A DNA stretch of 64,000 bases from a bacterium. GTDB lineage: Bacteria; Electryoneota; RPQS01; DYHQ01. Positions 56,305-64,000 of this stretch are shown in pieces. Under the pieces are notes generated by a model, which made no database searches, had not been told where the DNA came from, and saw only the letters and a program-made list of their open reading frames with translations. The position numbers were made by a program, and so were the translations under genes. The stretch's first letter is position 1. The number at the start of each line of letters is the position of its first letter. The stretch spans positions 86,748-150,747 of the forward strand of contig JAUXGA010000003.1 of assembly GCA_030622545.1 (NCBI GenBank), in the 5' to 3' direction.

Positions 56305-56570
56305 TTGCTGCATAAAAAACCCGATCTCTCATCGGGAAAGATCGGGCATGTTTTTATATCATGAGCATCTCTTCAACCCCGAAGGAGGCAACCATAGTAT
56401 TCAGAGCCGGTCTCCTGACTTGTGTCTCATCCTCTCGCGGCGCCTTCCCAACCGGCAAACCAATCCCGAAGGATTAATCCCACCGACCAGTGGCTTATTA
56501 CCGCGGTCGTCAACACTTACAGTGGCGGGGGCCATTCCCGATTCTCACGGGATTCCCGAGCACTCTGAAG
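56305..56570 (-). promoter_or_regulatory. Cobalamin (AdoCbl) riboswitch with a terminator-type expression platform
   Basis: Minus-strand sense reads GTGCTCGGGAATCCCGTGAGAATCGGGAATGGCCCCCGCCACTGTAA…GCCACTGG…GGGAAGGCG…CAGGAGACCGGCTC. These match the conserved cobalamin-riboswitch elements GGGAA…GGTG.AA.TCC, GC.G.CCCGC.ACTGT.A, GCCACTG…GGGAAGGC and CAGGA.ACC.GC. A terminator hairpin CCCGAUCU…AGAUCGGG+U6 lies at 56315-56345, 16 nt before the start codon. Confidence 0.8.
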
Positions 56571-56715
56571 CAAACAAAGCGTTGTAACAAAGAACTAATA
56601 CACTATACAAAAATATTCGGAAGATGTCAAGGAGAAAAAAATTCTTCGCTGAGAGAACAAGCCCCCGACCTGAATTCAGATCGGGGGCTAGGGTTAGATT
56701 ATCGAGAAGAACAAA

Positions 56716-59094
56716 TTACTGAATGAGCAGCATCTTGCGTGTTGCGGTGAAGTCGCCCATCGTTACCGTGTAGAAGTAAATACCCGACGTCAAACCAGTC
56801 GCATCGAATGTTGCCGTATAACGGCCGGTGTTCAACTCCTGATTCACCAGCGTTGTTACTTCCTGACCCATCACATTGTAAACCTTCAAGGTCACATGCG
56901 TCAAATCAAGAACATCATAGACAATCTCGGTGGACGGGTTGAACGGGTTCGGGTAATTCTGGTGCAGTGCATACTCTGTCACGACCGCTGCCGCGAATGA
57001 AGGTGTGGCGGCCCAAACGCTGTTGCCATCGAATTCCAGCTCTTCGCGCTGGCCGAGTTCCACGGCGACAATGCTGTACTCATACCGACGACCATTCATC
57101 AGGTTCTGGTCCACATAGGTGTATAAACCATCGCCGACTTCCAGTTCGGCAATCTTGGAGCCATCGCGCATGATTTCATACATAGTGACATCATGTTCAT
57201 CGGCCACGGAGAAGTCTAAGGTCAGTTGGCGATCTCCAATTTGAAGAATCGGTTCCGCGGTCAGTTCAACCGGCAACTGGTCGTCGAAGAAGAGGCAAAT
57301 ACAGCCCTCGCCGTCAATCCAGACTAACGTCGTCCAGTAGCCGACTCCCGGATCGCCAGTGCACTCATATGAATTTGGAATAACGCTCTGGGAAGCGGCA
57401 TCGAGCCCAAAGACGGGTCCGTTATATTCGATACACTCGGGGTCTTCGCATCCGGGTCCGTTGTAATCGCATCCCGGATCCGTGTGAAACAGGGCGGTCA
57501 TCCAAGAATCCACACCATAGGGACAGCACCAGCAGATGTTAATGCCATTATCCGGACCCGAACCGGCGAAATCAAGACAGACCGAGGTACCAATGTCTAT
57601 CCACAAGCATGGTACGCAGTTGGTCTCCTCGCCGGGGGTTCCCCGATCATACGCACTGCCAGGCCAAGGAATATCGGCGAGGCACCAGTTCGCGGGATCA
57701 TCGTTATCGTCTTCATCGTAGTAAGCGGTCATGAGCTGAAGGGATGCGCCTGGGGGTGTAGGCCATGAACTGGTATAAACCACACTGTCCTGAATCTGAC
57801 CGAGATTGTCAACGATGACAATCTCATCGGAAGTGTTGGCGAGCTGCAGACCCCACTGGTAGCCGTAGACATACTCATAATCCGTCGGAACACCGCCATT
57901 GGTTGCGAGGGTCTCATTAATGCAGAAAACGAAATACTCGCCTATATCGATGAGGTTGTCACCTTCGACGGTGTCTGCGCCGTAGTTGTCTTTGAGGATC
58001 CATCCATTTAGGTTAATGACGGCTGCCGAGGCATTGTAAACCTCGAACCACTCGCCATCATCATCATAAACAGCGCTTGGATCGCACATGAACTCGGTGA
58101 TGATGACGTCACCGATTTCGATAATATAGGAAAATCCTATTGTGCTGTTAGGAGCGATGACGTTGTCGTTCAAGTCTTCGACATTGTTCACTGTCAGAGT
58201 ATAGTTGACATAAGGAGTCAGCGAGCTGATAGTCAGGTGTACTAAAGCGTTATTGACGCCATCACGAGCTGCGCCCGATACGGCAATACCGCCATCGATG
58301 GCATAATTGCCAATCGTCTCAGCCGTTGTCTGGTCAACATCTTCATTGAACAGCACATCCACTTGGGTTGCCGTAACAACCGTAGCACTCGAAAGCTCCG
58401 GTGGATCACTATCTGGGAGCGGGCCATCATGCACACGAAGATGATCAAAGACGATCTCTTCGCTGCCGGAATCCATCCGCCAAACGACTCTGACGTCAAG
58501 GACGTCTCCTGTCGTACCCACATTGAAGCTGTAGTCCAACAAGTTGGCGTAGTCCTGGATTTCTACATCGCCAATACTATCCAAGTCTGTGTCCTGAGCA
58601 AACCTATGGGAGGATCCCGTTCCAAGTGCGGTAAATGAACCGATTAGAACCTCGGCACCACCATCCATGCTTACCCAGACCTGCAAGTAATCGCCATTGG
58701 ATTGACTGGCTTGATCATAGGCACCGTAGTCTTGTGAATTGAGCGCAATCGTAACATACAGGTCAGTGTAGGTGGTGACTGTTGCTGGATCAAGGTAGAT
58801 GTTATAGATGGCATCGCTTGGCAGACAGCCGCCCGCTCCATTCATGTCTTCGGCTGCAACAAATTGAAGGCCATCGATACTCCCGACTTGTACATAAGAG
58901 TCGTGCAAAGTACCTGCTGTGTAAAGACTGCAGTAATCGCTGTTAGCCGTAGTAATAGTCGTGTCGCAGAAATCTGGAATAACCGTATATCCCGATCCCG
59001 GTCCGGTTTCAAAACTTTCCTGTACGATCATCGTCTGGCTCTGGGCTACTCCGAAACCCATCGTCAGGCAGAGGGCAAAAAGTAAAAACCTTTT
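56716..59094 (-). CDS. Large secreted protein with a lamin-tail domain (LTD), Ig-like regions and a T9SS C-terminal sorting domain
   Basis: Signal peptide MKRFLLFALCL. LTD-like ITEFMCDPSAVYDDDGEWFEVYNASAAVINLNGWIL. Tail YALHQNYPNPFNPSTEIVYDV…GIYFYTV…MLLIQ. Confidence 0.75.
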   Translation of the reverse strand, partial: KRFLLFALCLTMGFGVAQSQTMIVQESFETGPGSGYTVIPDFCDTTITTANSDYCSLYTAGTLHDSYVQVGSIDGLQFVAAEDMNGAGGCLPSDAIYNIYLDPATVTTYTDLYVTIALNSQDYGAYDQASQSNGDYLQVWVSMDGGAEVLIGSFTALGTGSSHRFAQDTDLDSIGDVEIQDYANLLDYSFNVGTTGDVLDVRVVWRMDSGSEEIVFDHLRVHDGPLPDSDPPELSSATVVTATQVDVLFNEDVDQTTAETIGNYAIDGGIAVSGAARDGVNNALVHLTISSLTPYVNYTLTVNNVEDLNDNVIAPNSTIGFSYIIEIGDVIITEFMCDPSAVYDDDGEWFEVYNASAAVINLNGWILKDNYGADTVEGDNLIDIGEYFVFCINETLATNGGVPTDYEYVYGYQWGLQLANTSDEIVIVDNLGQIQDSVVYTSSWPTPPGASLQLMTAYYDEDDNDDPANWCLADIPWPGSAYDRGTPGEETNCVPCLWIDIGTSVCLDFAGSGPDNGINICWCCPYGVDSWMTALFHTDPGCDYNGPGCEDPECIEYNGPVFGLDAASQSVIPNSYECTGDPGVGYWTTLVWIDGEGCICLFFDDQLPVELTAEPILQIGDRQLTLDFSVADEHDVTMYEIMRDGSKIAELEVGDGLYTYVDQNLMNGRRYEYSIVAVELGQREELEFDGNSVWAATPSFAAAVVTEYALHQNYPNPFNPSTEIVYDVLDLTHVTLKVYNVMGQEVTTLVNQELNTGRYTATFDATGLTSGIYFYTVTMGDFTATRKMLLIQ

Positions 59095-59469
59095 CATGAC
59101 ATTCTCCTCCATTTTGGAATTAGCAACAAAACATGTTTCAAATCAATTTCTTGTAGTTTGCTATGATTTATAGAATTTAAACTCAAACCGCGATTAATTT
59201 ACACAGACAAAAAGGATTCTCACATGGACCCAATTTCGAAAAAATGTAAATCTCCCATGCCTCTCACGAGAAATCATTCACATTACTGACCCACCCCCTA
59301 TTTTTCAGCAAAGTAAACCTTAATAATAATAAGGATAGAAGGCTGCATTCGAGAAGAAATGCACCCTACTTAATATAGCAAGTTGTTTTGATGAAAGCAA
59401 TAGTTTTAACATAATAAATAACTTTTTCTCGCGTCTGGTAAATATGACAATTCTCCCATAATCTCTCCA

Positions 59470-59504
59470 TAAAAAAAGCCCCCGACCTGCATAGGCCGGG
59501 GGCT
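59470..59504 (-). terminator. Rho-independent terminator after the cysteine desulfurase gene
   Basis: AGCCCCCGACC…GGCCGGGGGCU hairpin followed by U7 on the minus strand. Confidence 0.6.
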
Positions 59505-59587
59505 TTGATAGAAAAGAAGATATTTTAAAGGGAGAACCTCTACTTCGCATTCACAAATATCGGGAAGCCGAAGAGGAGAGGACTCAC

Positions 59588-60724
59588 CTATGATGGTTTT
59601 AAACGGTGAAACGCTTGGGAAGTGATTTCAATCGCTCGGTCGATTTCTTCCGCCGTTGTCGAGCGACCGGTCGAGAAGCGAATCGTTCCCATGGCATACT
59701 CTTCCGGGACTTTCATCGCCTGGAGCACAGAAGAAATGTCTATTGAATCCGTGTGACACGCTGCGCCTGCTGAAGCCGCAACACTTTCCATGTTCAGCAG
59801 AAGCATGTTCGCTTCAATATTTTTAAAACCCACGCTCAGCGTATTAGGCAATCGCTGTTCCGGATGGCCGTTCAATTTCAGCTCGGGGAAATGCTTTTCG
59901 AGGCCGCGATGCAGTCGGTCACGCATGTCTTTCACGAGGTTCATGTTCTTTTCAAGATCGCGCTTCGAAATCTCGCAAGCTTTTCCGAGTCCGACGATTT
60001 CCAGCACGTTTTCCGTGCCCGCACGCCGGTTCTGTTCGTGGTCAGCGCCATGAATAAGTTTTTGGAGCTTCGTGCCGTAACGAATAAAAAGCGCGCCGAT
60101 TCCCTTGGGAGCATACAACTTGTGCCCGGCGATAGAGAGAAGATTGACTCCGAGTTCAGGAACAGTCGCGGGAATTTTCCCGACGGATTGCGCGGCGTCT
60201 GTGTGGAAAACGATGCCCTTGCTTTCAGCGATTCTTACGATTTCTTCAATAGGCTGGATTGTCCCGACCTCATTGTTCGCATGCATAATGGTGATGAGAA
60301 TGGTTTCGGGCGAGACAGCCTGTTCAAGCTTGCGCACGCTCACGATACCGAATTCATCCACCGGAACATAGGTAACGCGAAATCCGTTTTTCTCGAGATA
60401 GTTGCAGACCTGAGTGACAGCCGGGTGCTCAATGGCTGACGTAATGATATGATTTCCCTTTTGCAGGTTCGCAAAAGCAAAGCCTTTTATCGCGTAATTG
60501 TTGGATTCGGTGCCGCCGCTGGTGAATATGATTTCATCCGGTTGGCAACTCAGCAAGTCCGCCACCTGTCTGCGCGCCTTTTCAACCGCTTTTTTCGCCT
60601 CGATTCCAAACGAATGCGAGCTGGAAGGATTGCCGAAATGCTCTGTTAGATACGGCATCATGGCTTCGACGACTTCAGGGTGAATCGGCGTCGTTGCGTT
60701 ATAGTCCAGATAGACAGGTTTCAA
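59588..60724 (-). CDS. Cysteine desulfurase (NifS/IscS-type class V aminotransferase)
   Basis: PLP-lysine region SIAGHKLYAPKGIGALF and the catalytic-Cys loop SAGAACH. 378 aa. Confidence 0.85.
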   Translation of the reverse strand: MKPVYLDYNATTPIHPEVVEAMMPYLTEHFGNPSSSHSFGIEAKKAVEKARRQVADLLSCQPDEIIFTSGGTESNNYAIKGFAFANLQKGNHIITSAIEHPAVTQVCNYLEKNGFRVTYVPVDEFGIVSVRKLEQAVSPETILITIMHANNEVGTIQPIEEIVRIAESKGIVFHTDAAQSVGKIPATVPELGVNLLSIAGHKLYAPKGIGALFIRYGTKLQKLIHGADHEQNRRAGTENVLEIVGLGKACEISKRDLEKNMNLVKDMRDRLHRGLEKHFPELKLNGHPEQRLPNTLSVGFKNIEANMLLLNMESVAASAGAACHTDSIDISSVLQAMKVPEEYAMGTIRFSTGRSTTAEEIDRAIEITSQAFHRLKPS

Positions 60725-60742
60725 TCTCAGTCTCGCAAATCG

Positions 60743-61477
60743 TTATACAATTCTCATCAGAACCATAACGAGCAGCGACAACACCGCCACGGCTGGAAAG
60801 GCGGCGCGAGCGAGGATGGGTTTTCTTTCGCGTGCTTTTTGTTCTTTCAAGATGACAGCCAGTTTTTCGCCGACTTCCATTCCGAGCGGGCAGGTTACTG
60901 CGGAAAGCAGAACCGCAATCGGAGCATAGTACAAAGACAGTGGATAACCTGTTCCGGGGTAAACGCACGCCGCAATTCCGGTAAAGTGCCCGACCAAGGG
61001 AAATAAATTCACAGCGACCAGGGCCGAGAGTCCACCCAAAACCATTTTTCCATAGCGCCGTTCCTTCAAATGAGTGTTCAATACGCTGAAGAGAAAGACG
61101 AACGCCACGGCTTCCATAATGAAACCGAAAATCGGATTGGCGACGGCTCCGTGCAGTATGGGCAGATGCAACAGGTAAGCATCGAACAGTTTAAATACTA
61201 TCGCCACGCCCAATACAATCACCGGGCCCAGTATCTTTCGACTGTAAGTGGCACTGAGCGCGATAAAGAGAATTGCCACTGCCGTCATCACGGAGCCGGT
61301 TATCGTCCGGGCGCACATGCCTCGCAGATACATGCCGAGTCCCGCTTCACAGAGTCCCCAAACGGACCCGATGGCAACGAGAACAGCCAAACGATTTCCA
61401 ATACCTGTATTTCTCATAGAGCAGCCTCCTTGTAATGATGTAATCTGCTTGGGATTTTCCAACGACTCCTCCAGCAT
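60743..61477 (-). CDS. Hypothetical integral membrane protein (about 6 TM)
   Basis: Hydrophobic throughout with no diagnostic motif. Tightly linked to the cysteine desulfurase gene. Confidence 0.45.
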   Translation of the reverse strand: MLEESLENPKQITSLQGGCSMRNTGIGNRLAVLVAIGSVWGLCEAGLGMYLRGMCARTITGSVMTAVAILFIALSATYSRKILGPVIVLGVAIVFKLFDAYLLHLPILHGAVANPIFGFIMEAVAFVFLFSVLNTHLKERRYGKMVLGGLSALVAVNLFPLVGHFTGIAACVYPGTGYPLSLYYAPIAVLLSAVTCPLGMEVGEKLAVILKEQKARERKPILARAAFPAVAVLSLLVMVLMRIV

Positions 61478-61493
61478 TATTTTATAGATAAGC

Positions 61494-62426
61494 TCAATTC
61501 CCTTGCCGGAAGTCCTCCTTGGGAGTACCCGCTAATGGCGGTTTTTCTCTGTAAGTCTGTGTTATGATGATACCCCCGATGACGAAAACGGTTCCCAGCA
61601 GCGCCGGGAATCCCAGCGCTTCTCCTAAAACAATCCAGCCTAAAACAACCGCGAAAATGGGGGCGGCAAAGATCGAGAAAGAGACAGCCAAAGCGGACGC
61701 CCTTTTAATAAGCGCATAAAAAATGACGAAAGCCAGCGCTGTTCCAAAAATTGCCAGATAGCCGATACTTGCCCAAAGCTGAAGAGAACTCCAATCTCCT
61801 CCACCGCTTTCCAGCAGCCAACCAAGGATGACAAAAGCAACACCTGTCATGCCGAGTTGAGCGGCTACTTCAGGCACAGGTTCAACCTTTTGTGGTGACC
61901 GTCGCAGCCATACCAGAGCACCTCCCCCGCTGGCCGCCGCGATCAAAAGCCCAGCCATCCCCGCCCAACCAAAACGATCAACAAGTCCCACCTGGCCTCG
62001 AAACACAAGGACTAATCCCAATAGGCCAAGCAAGAGACCGCCGCATTTCCTAAGCGTAGCGCGTTCTCCCTGCAACAGGAAATGAGCGAAAGCTACAACA
62101 AAAAGCGAGTGAGTCGAAAACAGGATGGCCGCCAATCCCGATGAGATATGCACTTCACCCCAGTAAACCAGTGCATAGGGGATAATATACATGAAGAGAG
62201 CCAAGAAAAAAGTTCTTTTCCAATAGGCCCATGAGCGAGGGAAGCGATAGCCACGTGCTTTTGCAAGGAGGTAGAGCCCCGTTGCCGCTATCAGAAATCT
62301 CGGCGCTGCAGACCGAAGCGGGGGGGCGTCTTCCAATCCAATTTTAATCGCCAACCAAGTGGAACCCCAGATAAGCGCTAACAGCCCCACACCTGCGTAA
62401 ACAGCGAATGAAGAATCACGTTTCAA
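61494..62426 (-). CDS. DMT-superfamily transporter (EamA family)
   Basis: 10 TM helices in a duplicated EamA arrangement. Confidence 0.7.
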   Translation of the reverse strand: MKRDSSFAVYAGVGLLALIWGSTWLAIKIGLEDAPPLRSAAPRFLIAATGLYLLAKARGYRFPRSWAYWKRTFFLALFMYIIPYALVYWGEVHISSGLAAILFSTHSLFVVAFAHFLLQGERATLRKCGGLLLGLLGLVLVFRGQVGLVDRFGWAGMAGLLIAAASGGGALVWLRRSPQKVEPVPEVAAQLGMTGVAFVILGWLLESGGGDWSSLQLWASIGYLAIFGTALAFVIFYALIKRASALAVSFSIFAAPIFAVVLGWIVLGEALGFPALLGTVFVIGGIIITQTYREKPPLAGTPKEDFRQGN

Positions 62427-62600
62427 ATTGAAATTCCCGAATGAAATAGTTCAAAGACCGATCTCCATTTTGGATATGATATCAATATAACAAAATATCC
62501 TAAATTTGCCAGAGACCGCCCTACGAGTGAAGCCCCGGATGAATTACCGGGGCTTCGCTTTCAATCATGCTGGCAGTTTTTTTACTGAAGACTCCGTTCG

Positions 62601-63986
62601 TCAGCGCACGGAAATCACGATGTAAAAGTGTTTTTCGAAATCCGCGGCTGCGCCATAGTGAGTAAAGGATGTCTGAGGAGTATCTCCCAGCCATATTCCT
62701 TCACCCGGAGGCAGAAATTCAGGAGTATCATATCGGTAGACTTCGTAGTGATCTATTTCGATGGATTGGCCGGTGGTATCTTCCTCAATCGGTGACCAGT
62801 TCAGAACGATGTCGTTGCCCGAAAGGCGAATCACCATATCGTCGATAGCCTTTGGCACCCACGGGCCATCCACAGTCGGATCATCCAACCATTCCTTGGC
62901 CCGCGAAAGAAATCCCGGTCGCCATAAGGAATCCATCTGACTCAAATCAAAGGAGAAGAAAATCGAGTTGTAATTATCTTCTTCCAGTTTCACTCCGCAG
63001 GGCCAACCTTCAGCGTAAGCGCCCGGACCAAATCTCATGAAGGTGTGCGACGTGTCCGCCGGGTCAATGCCCGCCCAGGTGGCGGCGTAGGGCCTGAGGA
63101 CATCCGGGCTGTTCGCATAGACATCCACCGACTCGCCCCATGTCAGATAATCAATGCTCTCGCCTTGAACAACCCCGGAGCAATAGGTGATGGGGTCATT
63201 ACATAGGCCATCGCCATCGGCGCCGAGAACAAACATCGCTCTTAGATACACTTCCACCAATTGAACCTGTGGATCATCATTCGGCCATCCATAGGCGACG
63301 TCGGCCAGGTCATCGCTGGCGACCACCAGTTTACTTTTACTTTCAGGAGTACCTGCATTTAAAAAAGCCACCAGAGAATCGGAAGCCTCATCCTGCAGAT
63401 CTCCGGCATTGGCGCTGTTGGAAATGAAATAGACATAATCATAAAGGGAAAACATTCCGCCGCACTGGTACCAGTCGAAAACGTCGTAGGTTATTCCGGC
63501 GGCATCCAACGCCGCAGTGAAAACAGGATATTCCTTATGCTGCCAATCCTGACCGGCGCTATAGGCAAAGAGAACATCCACACCTGTAGAAGGCAGAATC
63601 TTGAAAGCATGAACGGAAGTGGGCGCGTCCGCAGGTTCGGTTCCACGGTTTGAATTGGCCGATGCATCGGTGGCCGCAAGGTAATACTCCACCAGTGTGC
63701 CGCGTGGCTGCGAGGGGACATGATAGTAGTAGTCATCACCAATGACGCTATCATGATAAACGGCTACCCAGCCACTTCCCACATTATAATACAAACTGTC
63801 GGAAGCGATTCCCGAAGCATCCATAATCTGGGAGGTGATTACCGGTGCCTGCTCAAAGGTGTTTACATTTGGAGTATGAGTAAACACAGGAGATTGGTGG
63901 TCTTCTCCCATATAGAATTTAATGGCGAGACCGTCATGAAATAGATTACCAACGGGAGTGCCATTCCAGAGATACTCCAGCCCCAC
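62601..63986 (-). CDS. Hypothetical protein, possibly N-terminally incomplete at the window edge
   Basis: The first Met is 14 nt from the window end, so the true start may lie outside the window. No T9SS tail and no clear motifs. Confidence 0.45.
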   Translation of the reverse strand: MGLEYLWNGTPVGNLFHDGLAIKFYMGEDHQSPVFTHTPNVNTFEQAPVITSQIMDASGIASDSLYYNVGSGWVAVYHDSVIGDDYYYHVPSQPRGTLVEYYLAATDASANSNRGTEPADAPTSVHAFKILPSTGVDVLFAYSAGQDWQHKEYPVFTAALDAAGITYDVFDWYQCGGMFSLYDYVYFISNSANAGDLQDEASDSLVAFLNAGTPESKSKLVVASDDLADVAYGWPNDDPQVQLVEVYLRAMFVLGADGDGLCNDPITYCSGVVQGESIDYLTWGESVDVYANSPDVLRPYAATWAGIDPADTSHTFMRFGPGAYAEGWPCGVKLEEDNYNSIFFSFDLSQMDSLWRPGFLSRAKEWLDDPTVDGPWVPKAIDDMVIRLSGNDIVLNWSPIEEDTTGQSIEIDHYEVYRYDTPEFLPPGEGIWLGDTPQTSFTHYGAAADFEKHFYIVISVR

Positions 63987-64000
63987 AGTATACTCATCAT

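Noticed and set aside
1-64000. CRISPR arrays, rRNA genes, additional tRNAs
   Set aside because: No spaced short direct-repeat arrays, no rRNA-like conserved stretches, and no further GGTTCGA(A/T)TCC-type T-arm signatures besides tRNA-Gly and tmRNA were seen on manual inspection.

Overview
This 64-kb window is densely coding, mostly on the minus strand. The backbone looks like an FCB-group-type bacterium that uses type IX secretion: seven proteins end in the conserved T9SS/Por C-terminal sorting domain (motif ...YPNPFNP...GIYF/LCRM...LLVK). Housekeeping content includes an ECF sigma/anti-sigma/LTXXQ operon, a diadenylate cyclase CdaA, endonuclease III, GcvT, a complete S8 peptidase, and a trehalose/osmoadaptation operon (treT-otsB-mscS-otsA). 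It also includes a cobalamin riboswitch upstream of a BtuB-like TonB-dependent receptor with a BtuG-like beta-propeller lipoprotein, a NifS-type cysteine desulfurase and two EamA transporters.

The main accessory content is a mosaic from about 8.7 to 30.7 kb:
1. A 7.7-kb island bounded by a 25-nt direct repeat of the tRNA-Gly(CCC) 3' end. It carries two tandem paralogous Hanks Ser/Thr-kinase/TPR sensor proteins and an FHA-GAF-PP2C phosphatase.
2. tRNA-Gly itself.
3. A roughly 7.6-kb integrase-bearing, satellite/PICI-like element with a Cas4-like PD-(D/E)XK nuclease, a DUF932-like protein, a Rad52-like annealing protein and a 1018-aa PrimPol/zinc-finger/helicase replicase, but no virion genes.
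4. A T9SS tail fragment plus an IS5-family element with a programmed frameshift, inserted next to a truncated S8 peptidase.
5. An IS630-family element inserted at a TA inside an AlpA/Xis-like gene.
6. A second integrase with an AT-rich PD-(D/E)XK-like cargo gene, next to tmRNA (ssrA).

Downstream, two paralogous T9SS surface-protein genes share an ~85-88% identical upstream region and an ~90% identical C-terminal ~190 aa, but have unrelated passenger domains. They are associated with a 35-bp palindromic repeat family.

No CRISPR array and no rRNA were seen. All calls are from manual reading of the sequence and the ORF track; no database search was run.
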